From a virus, in the IMG/VR virus record IMGVR_UViG_3300034108_000145, positions 65,766-129,765 of that record: a stretch of 64,000 nucleotides of DNA; one strand, 5' to 3'. The notes below the pieces were generated by a model. That model saw only the letters and a program-made list of their open reading frames with translations. It was not told the origin of the DNA and searched no databases. Shown one piece after another: positions 25,707 through 35,216 of the stretch. Made by a program: the position numbers and the translations under genes. Every line of letters starts with the position of its first letter. Position 1 is the first letter of the stretch.

Positions 25707-27839
25707 TTAGAAATTATTATAACCGGTTAACTTAATTTGTGTAGAGTTAAGATTAATTCCTAACTGATTTCCTTTTGCATCTGCAGCATCCATAAGCGGA
25801 CTAACTTTTACAGATGTAACAATATCAACACCTTGACCAATTGTACTAAACTTAAGTTTAAAAGGAACTTTAACTCCAGTAATAACTTCAGAGTTATTCT
25901 TATCTAGAGCACCAAACTTAACACGTCCATCTTTAGAACTAGCAAACACATACCAAGTATTTGGTACAGTAGCTAATAGCTCTTCAAACTTAATCTTAGC
26001 AGGATCAAAGGTAAACTCAAACTGAAGACCAGAAACACTAGATGATTTAGTATCTACGCTTACTGGAATTTCAATAGTATTAGAAGTTACAGTGAGGTTA
26101 TTAAGATTTACATCAATTGAGCTAATATCAGCTGTAGAATTTAAAGAAGTTCCTGTAGCCTGAGTCTGCATAGATTGTGTTTGGAATGCAGAATTAGTAG
26201 CTAAACTATTAACAGCATTAGTTTGCACAGTAGCTGTACCGGCAGAACTTGTAACAACTTGAGAAGAATGAGATCTATTTACATCACCCCATAAAAGATA
26301 CTTAAGATCTAAAATAGCATTAGTACCAAGCGTACCTGTTGTAAAGTAAGTCTTAGGGTATGTAATGTTTTTCCAGTTAGCTGCAGTAATTGTTCCCCAA
26401 GAACGGTTAACATCTGCATCAAATGAAAACTCAGCTCTTAAACCGTAATCAACATTCTGATTATTAATATTACGTATAGAGCTTACATATAATGAACTAC
26501 CGTCTTTAGCTTTAATTAAACTAGATGGTACAGTATATAACGCCCATGTAGCATCTTCAGATACATATTCAACTGGTCCAGTGTATATGTCAAACAATTG
26601 AACACTTTTAATAGTGTTTGGAGCTACACCAGCAGGAAATTCTCTCATATCAATACGTAAACTACTAGATGAAGAACCAGGTGTTACATAACCCCATTCT
26701 ACTTGACCAGCAATAGTCATAACATCTGATGCTTTCCATGTTGGAAGACTCATATGACCACCACTTCCAACAGTATAACCAGTAGGAAGCATAAATAAAG
26801 TATCTATACCAGCTACTTGTGCTAGCAATTGTGGTAGATCACCACCATCAATCGTCTTATTACGATTAATATCTGCAGCATATAATGATTGGCCAGTTTT
26901 AATACTTTGACCTCTTGAACCGTCCAGACCCATAGATGAGAATTCACCTTGAGCTGTAGTAAAATCAGATATAGTGATTGCATTACCATAGATAGTATAC
27001 AACTTGTCCATCTCATGCATTACACTAACTTCATACACCTTATTAGCAGCTAAAGAGTTTTGATTAATATCAACTTCTCCTGTAGATGTAATAGGAAATA
27101 GCACTCCTGTATTAGTAAGAGTGTCTCTAAAAGATACTTTTAAATTTGATAAGCTATACAAGTTAGAATTTACATCCACTTTAGCTGTTACATACTTACC
27201 AAAGTTCTGGTTCATAACTACTGCTGTAGATAATGGAGTTTCCATTACAGTATTATCATATTGGCCAGCATCGTTCCAACCAGCTACAAAGTTTAGTTTA
27301 ATAGGATTAAATGTATATGCAGTAGATGCAGCTTTAAGTCTAAATCTTATTCTAATAAAATCACTGTACCCGCTATAAGGCATAGCTGAGTTAGTAGCCC
27401 AAGATAATGTAGTTCTTAAAATAGCATACGGATTATTAGCAGCATAGTTATACTGAGCATACTGATAATTAGTAGTACCGTTAGTAGTAGTATTACTACT
27501 AGATCCAGATGTTACAGGTACAAAATTATATCCTGGGTAATTATACCAAGATAAACTAATAGTAGACTGTTGTGGCAAAATACCACCGTTACCTCCAGTA
27601 CCAGTGTGATCTACAGATACTATTTCAAAGTTATCTCTATCATACTGTACATCAAATAACAACTGACGTGTAGTGTTATTGTTCATACCATTACCATAAA
27701 TGATATAATCAAAAACATCTCCTCTGTTAAGAGAAGACCCTCCTACAAATGTAGCAGCTTTAAACTTTTGCTGACCATAAGAAAGTGTCACAATAAAAGT
27801 AAAAAGTGTCACAAAAAGTGTCGTAATAATATTCTTCAT
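25707..27839 (-). CDS. Secreted cohesin/dockerin-like domain protein
   Basis: Signal peptide; cohesin-like LLFDVQYD and IEIPVSV..VSGLQFEFTFDPAKIKF; dockerin-like AADINRNKTIDGGDLPQLL and GDVNRSHSS. Confidence 0.7.
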   Translation of the reverse strand: MKNIITTLFVTLFTFIVTLSYGQQKFKAATFVGGSSLNRGDVFDYIIYGNGMNNNTTRQLLFDVQYDRDNFEIVSVDHTGTGGNGGILPQQSTISLSWYNYPGYNFVPVTSGSSSNTTTNGTTNYQYAQYNYAANNPYAILRTTLSWATNSAMPYSGYSDFIRIRFRLKAASTAYTFNPIKLNFVAGWNDAGQYDNTVMETPLSTAVVMNQNFGKYVTAKVDVNSNLYSLSNLKVSFRDTLTNTGVLFPITSTGEVDINQNSLAANKVYEVSVMHEMDKLYTIYGNAITISDFTTAQGEFSSMGLDGSRGQSIKTGQSLYAADINRNKTIDGGDLPQLLAQVAGIDTLFMLPTGYTVGSGGHMSLPTWKASDVMTIAGQVEWGYVTPGSSSSSLRIDMREFPAGVAPNTIKSVQLFDIYTGPVEYVSEDATWALYTVPSSLIKAKDGSSLYVSSIRNINNQNVDYGLRAEFSFDADVNRSWGTITAANWKNITYPKTYFTTGTLGTNAILDLKYLLWGDVNRSHSSQVVTSSAGTATVQTNAVNSLATNSAFQTQSMQTQATGTSLNSTADISSIDVNLNNLTVTSNTIEIPVSVDTKSSSVSGLQFEFTFDPAKIKFEELLATVPNTWYVFASSKDGRVKFGALDKNNSEVITGVKVPFKLKFSTIGQGVDIVTSVKVSPLMDAADAKGNQLGINLNSTQIKLTGYNNF

Positions 27840-28495
27840 TATAATAGTTTATTTACCAATGAAACAGAAGCCTTCTTTAAAGCAGAACTTAAATTTTGTT
27901 GGTTAAACTTACCTCCTTCATCTACAAGAAGAGCAGACATGCTCACCTCGTCAGCTGATTCTTCTACCATTGCTTTCTTCTCAACCTTACCATCTTTGTA
28001 TAAATAGCCTTTAAGTCTAATAACAACGGACTCTTTATTGTTGTGTAACACTGAAAAACTAGACTGTGTTTTTAATACATCTAGATATACAATTTCTGCA
28101 GTAATTTTAAGATTAGAAGTCTTATCTAGTTCATAATCTTTCTCTTGAACTACCTCTTCTAAAATATTCTTTAGCCCAAACTCTAAATTGCGGTTACCGG
28201 CTAAAGACCCTACAACAACTTTATTACTTACAGAAGATATATCTATCTTCTTAGGTTCTTCATACCAGATATTATCTGGATTATTCTTAAAAGTACCATC
28301 AAACTTCCAACTGAACCAGTTAGAAATTGCTAAAGTCTTATCTTCTTGCCCAGAAAAGTGCAAGTAGAGCATATAACCTTGAATGGTTAATGCAAATATC
28401 ATCCATAGTCCAACAAAGACTATGAATATTTTAACTAACAGTTCTGAAAGTTTCTGAAAAAACTTTTGACTGTAACTAATAACGAGTGCTCTCAT
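27839..28495 (-). CDS. Membrane-anchored protein with CsgG/LptE-like alpha-beta domain
   Basis: TM helix; its C-terminal FNQQNLSSALKKA parallels FNQSTISIATKKA of the CsgG-like gene. Confidence 0.55.
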   Translation of the reverse strand: MRALVISYSQKFFQKLSELLVKIFIVFVGLWMIFALTIQGYMLYLHFSGQEDKTLAISNWFSWKFDGTFKNNPDNIWYEEPKKIDISSVSNKVVVGSLAGNRNLEFGLKNILEEVVQEKDYELDKTSNLKITAEIVYLDVLKTQSSFSVLHNNKESVVIRLKGYLYKDGKVEKKAMVEESADEVSMSALLVDEGGKFNQQNLSSALKKASVSLVNKLL

Positions 28496-28528
28496 AACTC
28501 TATATATTTTTTAGAGAGCTAAGTATTT

Positions 28529-28654
28529 CTACTTCCCCTGCCCTCTGTATTTTTTAACATGCTTATCTTTAGGACCATCACTTTTACGTGATCTTCCTCC
28601 CTTTCTTTTACCAAAGGTGACCTTTCTAGATTCACCAGCTTTAGGTTTAGCCAT
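28529..28654 (-). CDS. Small basic protein (41 aa, ends KKYRGQGK)
   Basis: Read manually: MAKPKAGESRKVTFGKRKGGRSRKSDGPKDKHVKKYRGQGK. Confidence 0.6.
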   Translation of the reverse strand: MAKPKAGESRKVTFGKRKGGRSRKSDGPKDKHVKKYRGQGK

Positions 28655-28666
28655 AACTATTGGTTT

Positions 28667-29266
28667 TTATGCAAGTAATGCGTGATATTCTTTAAAGTGT
28701 TTGATACGATCAGCTAAACCAATAGTACCACCGTTTACACGCTTGGTAATTTTGGTTACTACTTCTGTAGAAGAGCCAGTATCAGCAATAAGATTTAAAC
28801 CGTTCTTTTTCCAGAACCAAGCTGCAGACGCTAACGCATGTTTAGTAGATACTAAATCAGGATTAGCAAGGATATCATCAGGTACAGCTAAGTCAAAAGC
28901 AGTATAGTTTTGCTTACCCGTCAATTGGATATAGCCTCTTCCACGGAACTTGAACCCCTCTCCTGATGCTTCAGGACCATTACCCATTCTATTACCGTAT
29001 ACACGGTTAGCAATCTTTTCCGGTTTACGAGCATAAGCATCAGCTAACGCTTGTGTAGGAAAGTATTTCTTAAAAATACCCATCAAACCTTTAGCTGAGT
29101 AGTTAAGGTTTTCTTGAGTAAGTCTGAATCCACCTGATTCATGACCACACTGTGCTAAAAAATGTGCAAGACGCAGTGGTGTATTAACACCAAATGCATC
29201 CATGACACCTGGGATCTGTGCAATTACAGTATCCGGAACGTGCCCCCTAAGCTTTTCTAAATTCAT
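28667..29266 (-). CDS. Endolysin, glycoside hydrolase family 19
   Basis: AHFLAQCGHESGGF, ENLNYS, FRGRGYIQLTGK.NY and ITKRVNGG..GL.DR. Confidence 0.92.
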   Translation of the reverse strand: MNLEKLRGHVPDTVIAQIPGVMDAFGVNTPLRLAHFLAQCGHESGGFRLTQENLNYSAKGLMGIFKKYFPTQALADAYARKPEKIANRVYGNRMGNGPEASGEGFKFRGRGYIQLTGKQNYTAFDLAVPDDILANPDLVSTKHALASAAWFWKKNGLNLIADTGSSTEVVTKITKRVNGGTIGLADRIKHFKEYHALLA

Positions 29267-29280
29267 ATGTATAGTGTTTA

Positions 29281-29412
29281 TTACTTCTTCTTCTTACCTG
29301 TAGCTTTAGGAGCTACTTTCTTAACTTCTTTTACTACTTCAGCAGCAACTACAGCCTTCTGTATCTTGCTACCAAATAAGAACTTCTTTACTAATTCAAT
29401 AATCTTTTTCAT
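29281..29412 (-). CDS. Small basic amphipathic protein (43 aa)
   Basis: Read manually: MKKIIELVKKFLFGSKIQKAVV...KKKK. Confidence 0.55.
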   Translation of the reverse strand: MKKIIELVKKFLFGSKIQKAVVAAEVVKEVKKVAPKATGKKKK

Positions 29413-29413
29413 A

Positions 29414-30040
29414 CTATTTATTTTTTTTACCAATCTTCCAGTACGTCTGGAATCCATAAGAAATGTTACCGTTTATATCAGATCCGGCTTTAAGTCCGTA
29501 AATCTTATCTGATTTAGTTTTTAGAATAAGCCCTGCTTCTGCAGAGTTAATTCCTAAGGTTTGAGTTGTACCAATGCCACCACCTACATACAATTGTGTT
29601 TTAGCAGGAGCTTGGTTAGTAATTGTCACAGTTTTAGTGACAAATGGGATCTTGTAGTTATACTTCCAAGATCTCCCTGTAAGTTTATTCTCTCTAATAG
29701 TATCAGTAACCATAACATAGCCTAGTGTATCTAATTTTACACTGTCTACATAAATAGCTAACGCAGTATACATCTTAACAAGATTGTCAAACTGTATCTT
29801 TAGAGCAGCATAATTAGTATCAGCTAAGTATTCTGTCTTACCTTCTATAAACAAGCTATCATGAATAATCTTAGCCGGCAAAGGCTTAGAATAAATCAAG
29901 CTATCGTGTACAGACCAAGTAGTGTCATGCACTACAAGCGTATCAGATTTTGGACGGTCCCCTCCTCCAACACACCCTTTATTCTGTAAAAGAACAAAGA
30001 CTACTAACAAGCCTATAATAAAGATGTATATCTTATTCAT
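29414..30040 (-). CDS. Putative spanin-like membrane protein
   Basis: N-terminal TM followed by Cys; beta-rich C-terminus; lies between holin-like genes and the endolysin. Confidence 0.55.
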   Translation of the reverse strand: MNKIYIFIIGLLVVFVLLQNKGCVGGGDRPKSDTLVVHDTTWSVHDSLIYSKPLPAKIIHDSLFIEGKTEYLADTNYAALKIQFDNLVKMYTALAIYVDSVKLDTLGYVMVTDTIRENKLTGRSWKYNYKIPFVTKTVTITNQAPAKTQLYVGGGIGTTQTLGINSAEAGLILKTKSDKIYGLKAGSDINGNISYGFQTYWKIGKKNK

Positions 30041-30275
30041 CGGTTTTCTTTTTAAATGAGAACTTATCACCTGTATCACCAATCAAGGCTGCTATACAGA
30101 TATACATAACAGATTCTACTAAAGCATCTGATGGTTTAATATCACCATGAGAGAAGCTATTAGCAGTTAATGTTACACACAGAAACAATGCACACATAAA
30201 ACCTACCACTGGTTTAATAGAGGTAGATCCACGCTCATCTTTAAAAAGATCTAAAGCCCATTGTTTAAAAGTCAT
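30033..30275 (-). CDS. Putative holin (2 TM)
   Basis: LFKDERGSTS, two TM helices, basic C-terminus, lysis context. Confidence 0.6.
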   Translation of the reverse strand: MTFKQWALDLFKDERGSTSIKPVVGFMCALFLCVTLTANSFSHGDIKPSDALVESVMYICIAALIGDTGDKFSFKKKTDE

Positions 30276-30561
30276 ACTTAATTGTTTTTAGTTTAAAAGC
30301 TTTATCATCAGGTAAAACTGCTACAACTTCTTGATGTTCAGGAACTTGTGGTGCAGGAGCTACTGGTGCTGATGCTGCTTTAAATATCTGACGTTCCAAG
30401 TTATCAATCCTGGTCTTGTCTATATTAGACTGAGCCATTAACAACTTAACGTCAGCTTTTATTTCGTTTACATCATTCCAAATGAGTAAACTTACAAGAG
30501 ACACTAAGGATGGAAATATCCACACCTTAAAAGCTGCTATAGATGGATTCTCTTTAGTCAT
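30265..30561 (-). CDS. Single-TM coiled-coil protein (lysis-associated)
   Basis: TM followed by a coiled coil. Confidence 0.55.
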   Translation of the reverse strand: MTKENPSIAAFKVWIFPSLVSLVSLLIWNDVNEIKADVKLLMAQSNIDKTRIDNLERQIFKAASAPVAPAPQVPEHQEVVAVLPDDKAFKLKTIKYDF

Positions 30562-30576
30562 GACTTAACAAATGAT

Positions 30577-31323
30577 TTAGTAGGTTCTAATAGCTCTTAC
30601 ATACATTCCTTGATCTTTAGGGTAACCAAACTGTACACCATTCGTGAAGTTTTGACCCCATGCTGTAGTATCACTAGCTTCAGTAGAACTTATGTAAAAA
30701 GCACCAAAAGCACCAAGACCTGAACCAAGAGCTACTCTATTTGCATATATTTTACTTAATTCATCTTTACTAGGTAAGAACCAGTCAGTATAACCACCTA
30801 AATCTAAATCGTTACATATTGCTGCAGCACTAACAGGGAAGTTACAACCTGCCACAACATCTAGTGTATTTTGTCTACCTGTACCAATAGCTGTACCATC
30901 TGCACCGGTAATAGTAGTTCCACTACATCCCCATATAGCTGAAGTATCAATATTGCTACTACTAACAACAATTCCATGTTGAACATTAGCATCATAACCA
31001 GGATCACCAGCTTGTAAAATGTAAGCAATTGTACCACCTAAAGCTGATTGAGCTATAGTGTAGTTTACTGAAAGAGGTTGTTGAAGACTTACTATATCAG
31101 TTTCACTTGAAGGTCCATAATGAATGAACAAACTATTAGGTAGAATATCTCCTTTTCTATCTACACGAATGTAGTAGTAAAGCCCAGCAGGATGAGCTGG
31201 TAAATTCATTACTTTAGTGATTTCCAATACGTTAGCTACTGCAGGAACTTCTGATGCACTCATCATAATACCCGGGATTGGGAACCCTAGAGCGTCTTTT
31301 TGGGCATAAAATTTTTTAGCCAT
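30577..31323 (-). CDS. Putative virion protein with C-terminal DUF1566 (Lcl) lectin-like domain
   Basis: GGTIAYI...HG, IGTGRQNT, AA.IC..L..GGYTDWFLPSKDEL and VRAIR. Confidence 0.7.
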   Translation of the reverse strand: MAKKFYAQKDALGFPIPGIMMSASEVPAVANVLEITKVMNLPAHPAGLYYYIRVDRKGDILPNSLFIHYGPSSETDIVSLQQPLSVNYTIAQSALGGTIAYILQAGDPGYDANVQHGIVVSSSNIDTSAIWGCSGTTITGADGTAIGTGRQNTLDVVAGCNFPVSAAAICNDLDLGGYTDWFLPSKDELSKIYANRVALGSGLGAFGAFYISSTEASDTTAWGQNFTNGVQFGYPKDQGMYVRAIRTY

Positions 31324-31375
31324 GGTATAAATAGTTTATATATAAACGTAAAAAGTGTAGATTTTCTATAAACTC

Positions 31376-31390
31376 TACATTATAATATAC
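31376..31390 (-). promoter_or_regulatory. Putative phage late promoter GTATATTATAATGTA (copy 2)
   Basis: Identical to 5325-5339. Confidence 0.65.
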
Positions 31391-31410
31391 GAAATATTAA
31401 GGAAATAATC

Positions 31411-31418
31411 TACATTTG
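31411..31418 (+). promoter_or_regulatory. Bacteroidota sigma70 -7 element (TACATTTG)
   Basis: Exact TAnnTTTG about 20 nt before the first replication-block gene. Confidence 0.55.
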
Positions 31419-31438
31419 TGAATAAACATTAGAAATTT

Positions 31439-31960
31439 ATGGATACAGTAATCTATGCCAAAAAGCTTGAGAGAAAGCTTATTGATGAGTTTAAAGAAAC
31501 CTTCTTTAAGAAGATGGGGTATTACCCTTTAGTTATTACTAAAATTAATACAGAGAAAGATGATTATTTACCCATAATCAGCCTTGAGAACCTAGAAGAA
31601 GTGTTTGAACCTTTTTTACCAGAGAAGTTTGGCAAGAAAGTACCTTTAGGGTCTGTCCGCAGATACCGTGAAATAGTAGAGCTTAGAAACATATTCTGTG
31701 CTATAGCTAGAATGATGAGGTATACCTGCACGCATGTTGGAGAATACCTTGGTGACCGAGATCACACTACAGTGTTACACAACACCACTACATTCTCTAA
31801 CCTTATTGAAACTAGTGACCCTTTTAAAGAAAAGTACTTAAAAATTATCAAACACATAAAACAAAAATACAATGACACATCAGCTATGGATGACCTTGAT
31901 CAAGAACAATTTGAGTCCGAATCAAGTATACTTTTTGGATTGCTGCAGACAGAAGATTAA
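31439..31960 (+). CDS. Protein with DnaA C-terminal DNA-binding domain
   Basis: RRYREIVELRNIFCAIA...VGEYLGDRDHTTVLH; no AAA+ domain. Confidence 0.8.
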   Translation: MDTVIYAKKLERKLIDEFKETFFKKMGYYPLVITKINTEKDDYLPIISLENLEEVFEPFLPEKFGKKVPLGSVRRYREIVELRNIFCAIARMMRYTCTHVGEYLGDRDHTTVLHNTTTFSNLIETSDPFKEKYLKIIKHIKQKYNDTSAMDDLDQEQFESESSILFGLLQTED

Positions 31961-32450
31961 GCCTACAGGCATTATAAATGTAGAAGCAGAAGCTCTAATA
32001 TGTCAGAGCAAAGGGTTAATTGACGCAGATGGTAAGCTAAGTCATGTTGCTCAAAACATACTTAATGAGTTTGAAACTTACTTAGTAAAGACTAAGAAAA
32101 AAGTAGCCACCGAAGTATTAGGTGATAACTTCTTAGACAGAATTAAAGAATATAGAGAATTATTTCCAGCTATTAAACTACCATCAGGTGAATTAGCTAG
32201 ACAGTCTGTACAAGAGCTTAAAGACAAGTTTGTATGGTTTTTTAAAACCTATCCAGAATATGACTGGAACCTTGTATTAGATGCTACAGACTTTTATATA
32301 TTTAACAAGCATAAAGAGAACTATTCTTTCATGGTTACAAGCAGTTATTTTATACAGAAGACTGACTTAAAAACCAAACTTAGTAGATCAATATTAGCTG
32401 ACTATTGTCAGATGATATTAGATAATCCAGACATTTTAAAAAGCATATAA
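31872..32450 (+). CDS. Hypothetical replication-associated protein
   Basis: 192 aa, upstream of the helicase. Confidence 0.7.
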   Translation: MTHQLWMTLIKNNLSPNQVYFLDCCRQKIKPTGIINVEAEALICQSKGLIDADGKLSHVAQNILNEFETYLVKTKKKVATEVLGDNFLDRIKEYRELFPAIKLPSGELARQSVQELKDKFVWFFKTYPEYDWNLVLDATDFYIFNKHKENYSFMVTSSYFIQKTDLKTKLSRSILADYCQMILDNPDILKSI

Positions 32451-32453
32451 CAT

Positions 32454-32639
32454 ATGGGAAAATATGAAAAAGCCATAAACAGAACCATATTATCAATTCT
32501 TTTCAGTATTTTAAACTGGAAGCTGATAAATATCTTTCTTATAGACATACCGTTTTACAAGTATTTTATCATAGAAATATTTTTGATTGTTTCAATGAAA
32601 CTGTTTATATTTACAACCCAAAAATTCAAACTACAATGA
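32454..32639 (+). CDS. Small membrane protein
   Basis: Two hydrophobic stretches. Confidence 0.55.
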   Translation: MGKYEKAINRTILSILFSILNWKLINIFLIDIPFYKYFIIEIFLIVSMKLFIFTTQKFKLQ

Positions 32640-32839
32640 CACAAGAACAACAAGAAAAAGTAGAAGAAATCTACAACTCCCTCCCTGATGTTATAGGTCC
32701 TATAGCACAAGATTATAAATACATAAGTAAAGAAGTTTTGATTTCAGTAGTTGATCATATGATAACTACAGCAGTTTATGATGCTAAAATGGAATCATTA
32801 GACGAGTTTAGAAATATTGTAGAAGAAACATTTAATTAA
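32636..32839 (+). CDS. Hypothetical protein
   Basis: 67-aa ORF. Confidence 0.6.
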   Translation: MTQEQQEKVEEIYNSLPDVIGPIAQDYKYISKEVLISVVDHMITTAVYDAKMESLDEFRNIVEETFN

Positions 32840-32847
32840 CTCTACAT

Positions 32848-33918
32848 ATGGATAAGCCAAAAAAGAAATACGGGCGTAAAAGCTACGTTAACGTTTTAGA
32901 AAAAGGTTTCAAGTATATAACAAAAAGAAGAAACGGTGAGATAAAGTCCTTACTCACTCCATGGCCCAGCTTAAATGAAGCTGGTATCAATGGTTTAGAA
33001 TGGGGATCTATGCTCACTATTGGTGCTAGACCTGGTGCAGGTAAGACTATGATTGTCTCTCAAATATTAAGAGAGGCACGTAGACTAAATCCAGATCAGA
33101 AGTTTAACATCCTAGAGTTTCAGTTTGAGATGGGTGATGAGCAGTATGCTGCACGTCAGTTTGCTGGTGAAATGGCCCAAGACTACGGTGTTATACTAAG
33201 TACTAAAAAACAACTTGATGACTTCACTCTAAAGAACATCAACAAGTATATAGAAGATTGTAGAGATATGGAAACCCACGGTCTTATAAGAGAAGTGATA
33301 TCAGAATCACTAACTCATACAGACATGGAAGAAGCTATACAAGAAGCTTATGTAGAAGGTGGAAGTAAACCTATGATTGTTACTATAGATCATAGTTGGT
33401 TGATTAAGAAAAGATTAGATGAGAAAGAAAAGATAGCTACTCTGTACAACACTACAGAAATGCTTATGAAGCTTAAGAATAAGATTCCCATCATTGTTAT
33501 CATGATCACTCAGCTTAACCGTTCTATAGATGAAGCATCTAGAAAAACAGCTGGTACTATTGCAAACTACCCAACATCTGGTGACATATTTGGCGGTGAC
33601 GCTCTTATGCAAGGATCAGATTTAGTAATTGCACTAAGTAGACCTGCTAAAGCAGATGTAAAAGTATACGGACCTTATGCTTATCAAGTAGAAGACGAAG
33701 ATGTATTCATGCATCTATTAAAGATTAGAAACGGTAATGATAATAATAATCTTGTGTTCTTAAAGATGGACGGTCAACGTCAACAGATGGTAGAAGTACC
33801 AGAGTTTAAAGCTTTAAGACCAGAAGGTGCTACATCAGCTTACCAAAGATATAGTGAAAGAAGTGGCGGTGGGGGCGGTAGAAGAACTGTAACAGCAGAA
33901 GTTGGACAAGAACTTTAA
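32848..33918 (+). CDS. DnaB-like replicative helicase
   Basis: IGARPGAGKT, FEM, IDH, TQLNR and LKIRNG motifs. Confidence 0.9.
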   Translation: MDKPKKKYGRKSYVNVLEKGFKYITKRRNGEIKSLLTPWPSLNEAGINGLEWGSMLTIGARPGAGKTMIVSQILREARRLNPDQKFNILEFQFEMGDEQYAARQFAGEMAQDYGVILSTKKQLDDFTLKNINKYIEDCRDMETHGLIREVISESLTHTDMEEAIQEAYVEGGSKPMIVTIDHSWLIKKRLDEKEKIATLYNTTEMLMKLKNKIPIIVIMITQLNRSIDEASRKTAGTIANYPTSGDIFGGDALMQGSDLVIALSRPAKADVKVYGPYAYQVEDEDVFMHLLKIRNGNDNNNLVFLKMDGQRQQMVEVPEFKALRPEGATSAYQRYSERSGGGGGRRTVTAEVGQEL

Positions 33919-33946
33919 TATATTACAAAACACAAAAAAACGCAAA

Positions 33947-34489
33947 ATGACACAAGAAGAAATCAAAGAGCTTAAAAAGAATAAGCTTGAAAGTATCAGA
34001 GATTATCATCAAAACTTGATAGATAATCTTGAGATTCCTAGAACAGATTTCAATATGAAGATGGCTTTCTATGATAAACAAGGCCGTAACGTAGTTGGAA
34101 TCTTTGCATCAGAGTTTAAGAAAGAAAAAGGTTTCTATTTTGAACTTATCACTAGAGACTTAGAACCTCTAGATGCAGAACGCACAGTTTATAAAATCCC
34201 ATCTAACTCATCTTTTGAAGAAGAATATGAACTTAATGAAAAAGGTTCGTATCTTGTACCCTTAGAAGAGCTAAGAGTAGTTAATGCAACATCTGTAGCA
34301 ATCAGCGGCAGATCAGCAGTAGCAGATAAACCTTCATTTAAACCACCAGTAGCTGCATACAAAGCTCCTGCACCAATGGAAGACGCTCCTTATAGTGATA
34401 TGACTATAAGAGATTATTATGCCATTCAAACAGGAAAGCCTGTAAGCTCTAAGACTTGGTTAAATGATCTAATAAAGAGTAACAAATAA
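33947..34489 (+). CDS. Hypothetical protein
   Basis: Start MTQEE; MTIRDYYA motif near the C-terminus. Confidence 0.7.
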   Translation: MTQEEIKELKKNKLESIRDYHQNLIDNLEIPRTDFNMKMAFYDKQGRNVVGIFASEFKKEKGFYFELITRDLEPLDAERTVYKIPSNSSFEEEYELNEKGSYLVPLEELRVVNATSVAISGRSAVADKPSFKPPVAAYKAPAPMEDAPYSDMTIRDYYAIQTGKPVSSKTWLNDLIKSNK

Positions 34490-34499
34490 CACAACCCAT

Positions 34500-35183
34500 A
34501 TGGCACAAGGAATCCTTATTATTGCAGAAAGTGGGTCAGGTAAGTCTACATCTATAGAACAACTTGATCCAAAAGAAACGTTTATTATAAACGTTGCAAA
34601 CAAACCCCTACCTTTCAAAGGTTGGAAAAGCAAATATGTAACTTGGAGTAAAGATAATCCTACAGGTAATCTTTATGCCGGTTCATCATCAGCTCAGATA
34701 GAAGCATGCTTAAAGTATGTAAGTGAAAAGCGTCCAGACATCAAGAATATTGTAGTGGATGACTTTCAGTATATGAGCTCATTTGAGTTCTTTGATAGAA
34801 GTGATGAAAAAGGTTATGAAAAGTTCACTCAGATCGGTGCAAACTTAGCTCGTATAGCAAGAATGCCTAAAGATCTTAGAGAAGACCTTACAATATTCTT
34901 TATGACGCATGCTGAAGAATCTACAGATCTAGAAGGCAAACGTAAGTTTAAAGCAAAGACTATCGGTAAGATGGTTGATGAAAAGCTTAGCTTAGAAGGC
35001 TTATTTAGTATTGTACTCTTTGGTAAAGTAAAGAAAGACAAAGACGGGAATATCCGTTATGTGTTTGAAACACAAAACAATGGTGAGAATACATGTAAAA
35101 GCCCTAAGGGTATGTTCTCTACTGTTGAGATACCTAATGATCTAGACTTTGTAAAAAAGTCTATAACAGAATACGAAAATTAA
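34500..35183 (+). CDS. AAA_24 / Sak4-like ATPase
   Basis: AESGSGKS, IVVDD and KTIGKMVDE..SLEGLF..TCKSP.GMF. Confidence 0.85.
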   Translation: MAQGILIIAESGSGKSTSIEQLDPKETFIINVANKPLPFKGWKSKYVTWSKDNPTGNLYAGSSSAQIEACLKYVSEKRPDIKNIVVDDFQYMSSFEFFDRSDEKGYEKFTQIGANLARIARMPKDLREDLTIFFMTHAEESTDLEGKRKFKAKTIGKMVDEKLSLEGLFSIVLFGKVKKDKDGNIRYVFETQNNGENTCKSPKGMFSTVEIPNDLDFVKKSITEYEN

Positions 35184-35216
35184 TTTCTCATTTTTCACAA
35201 TTAAACTCAAACAAGT

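Noticed and set aside
30577-31323. Diversity-generating retroelement target
   Set aside because: Lectin-like domain present, but no template repeat or reverse transcriptase in the window.
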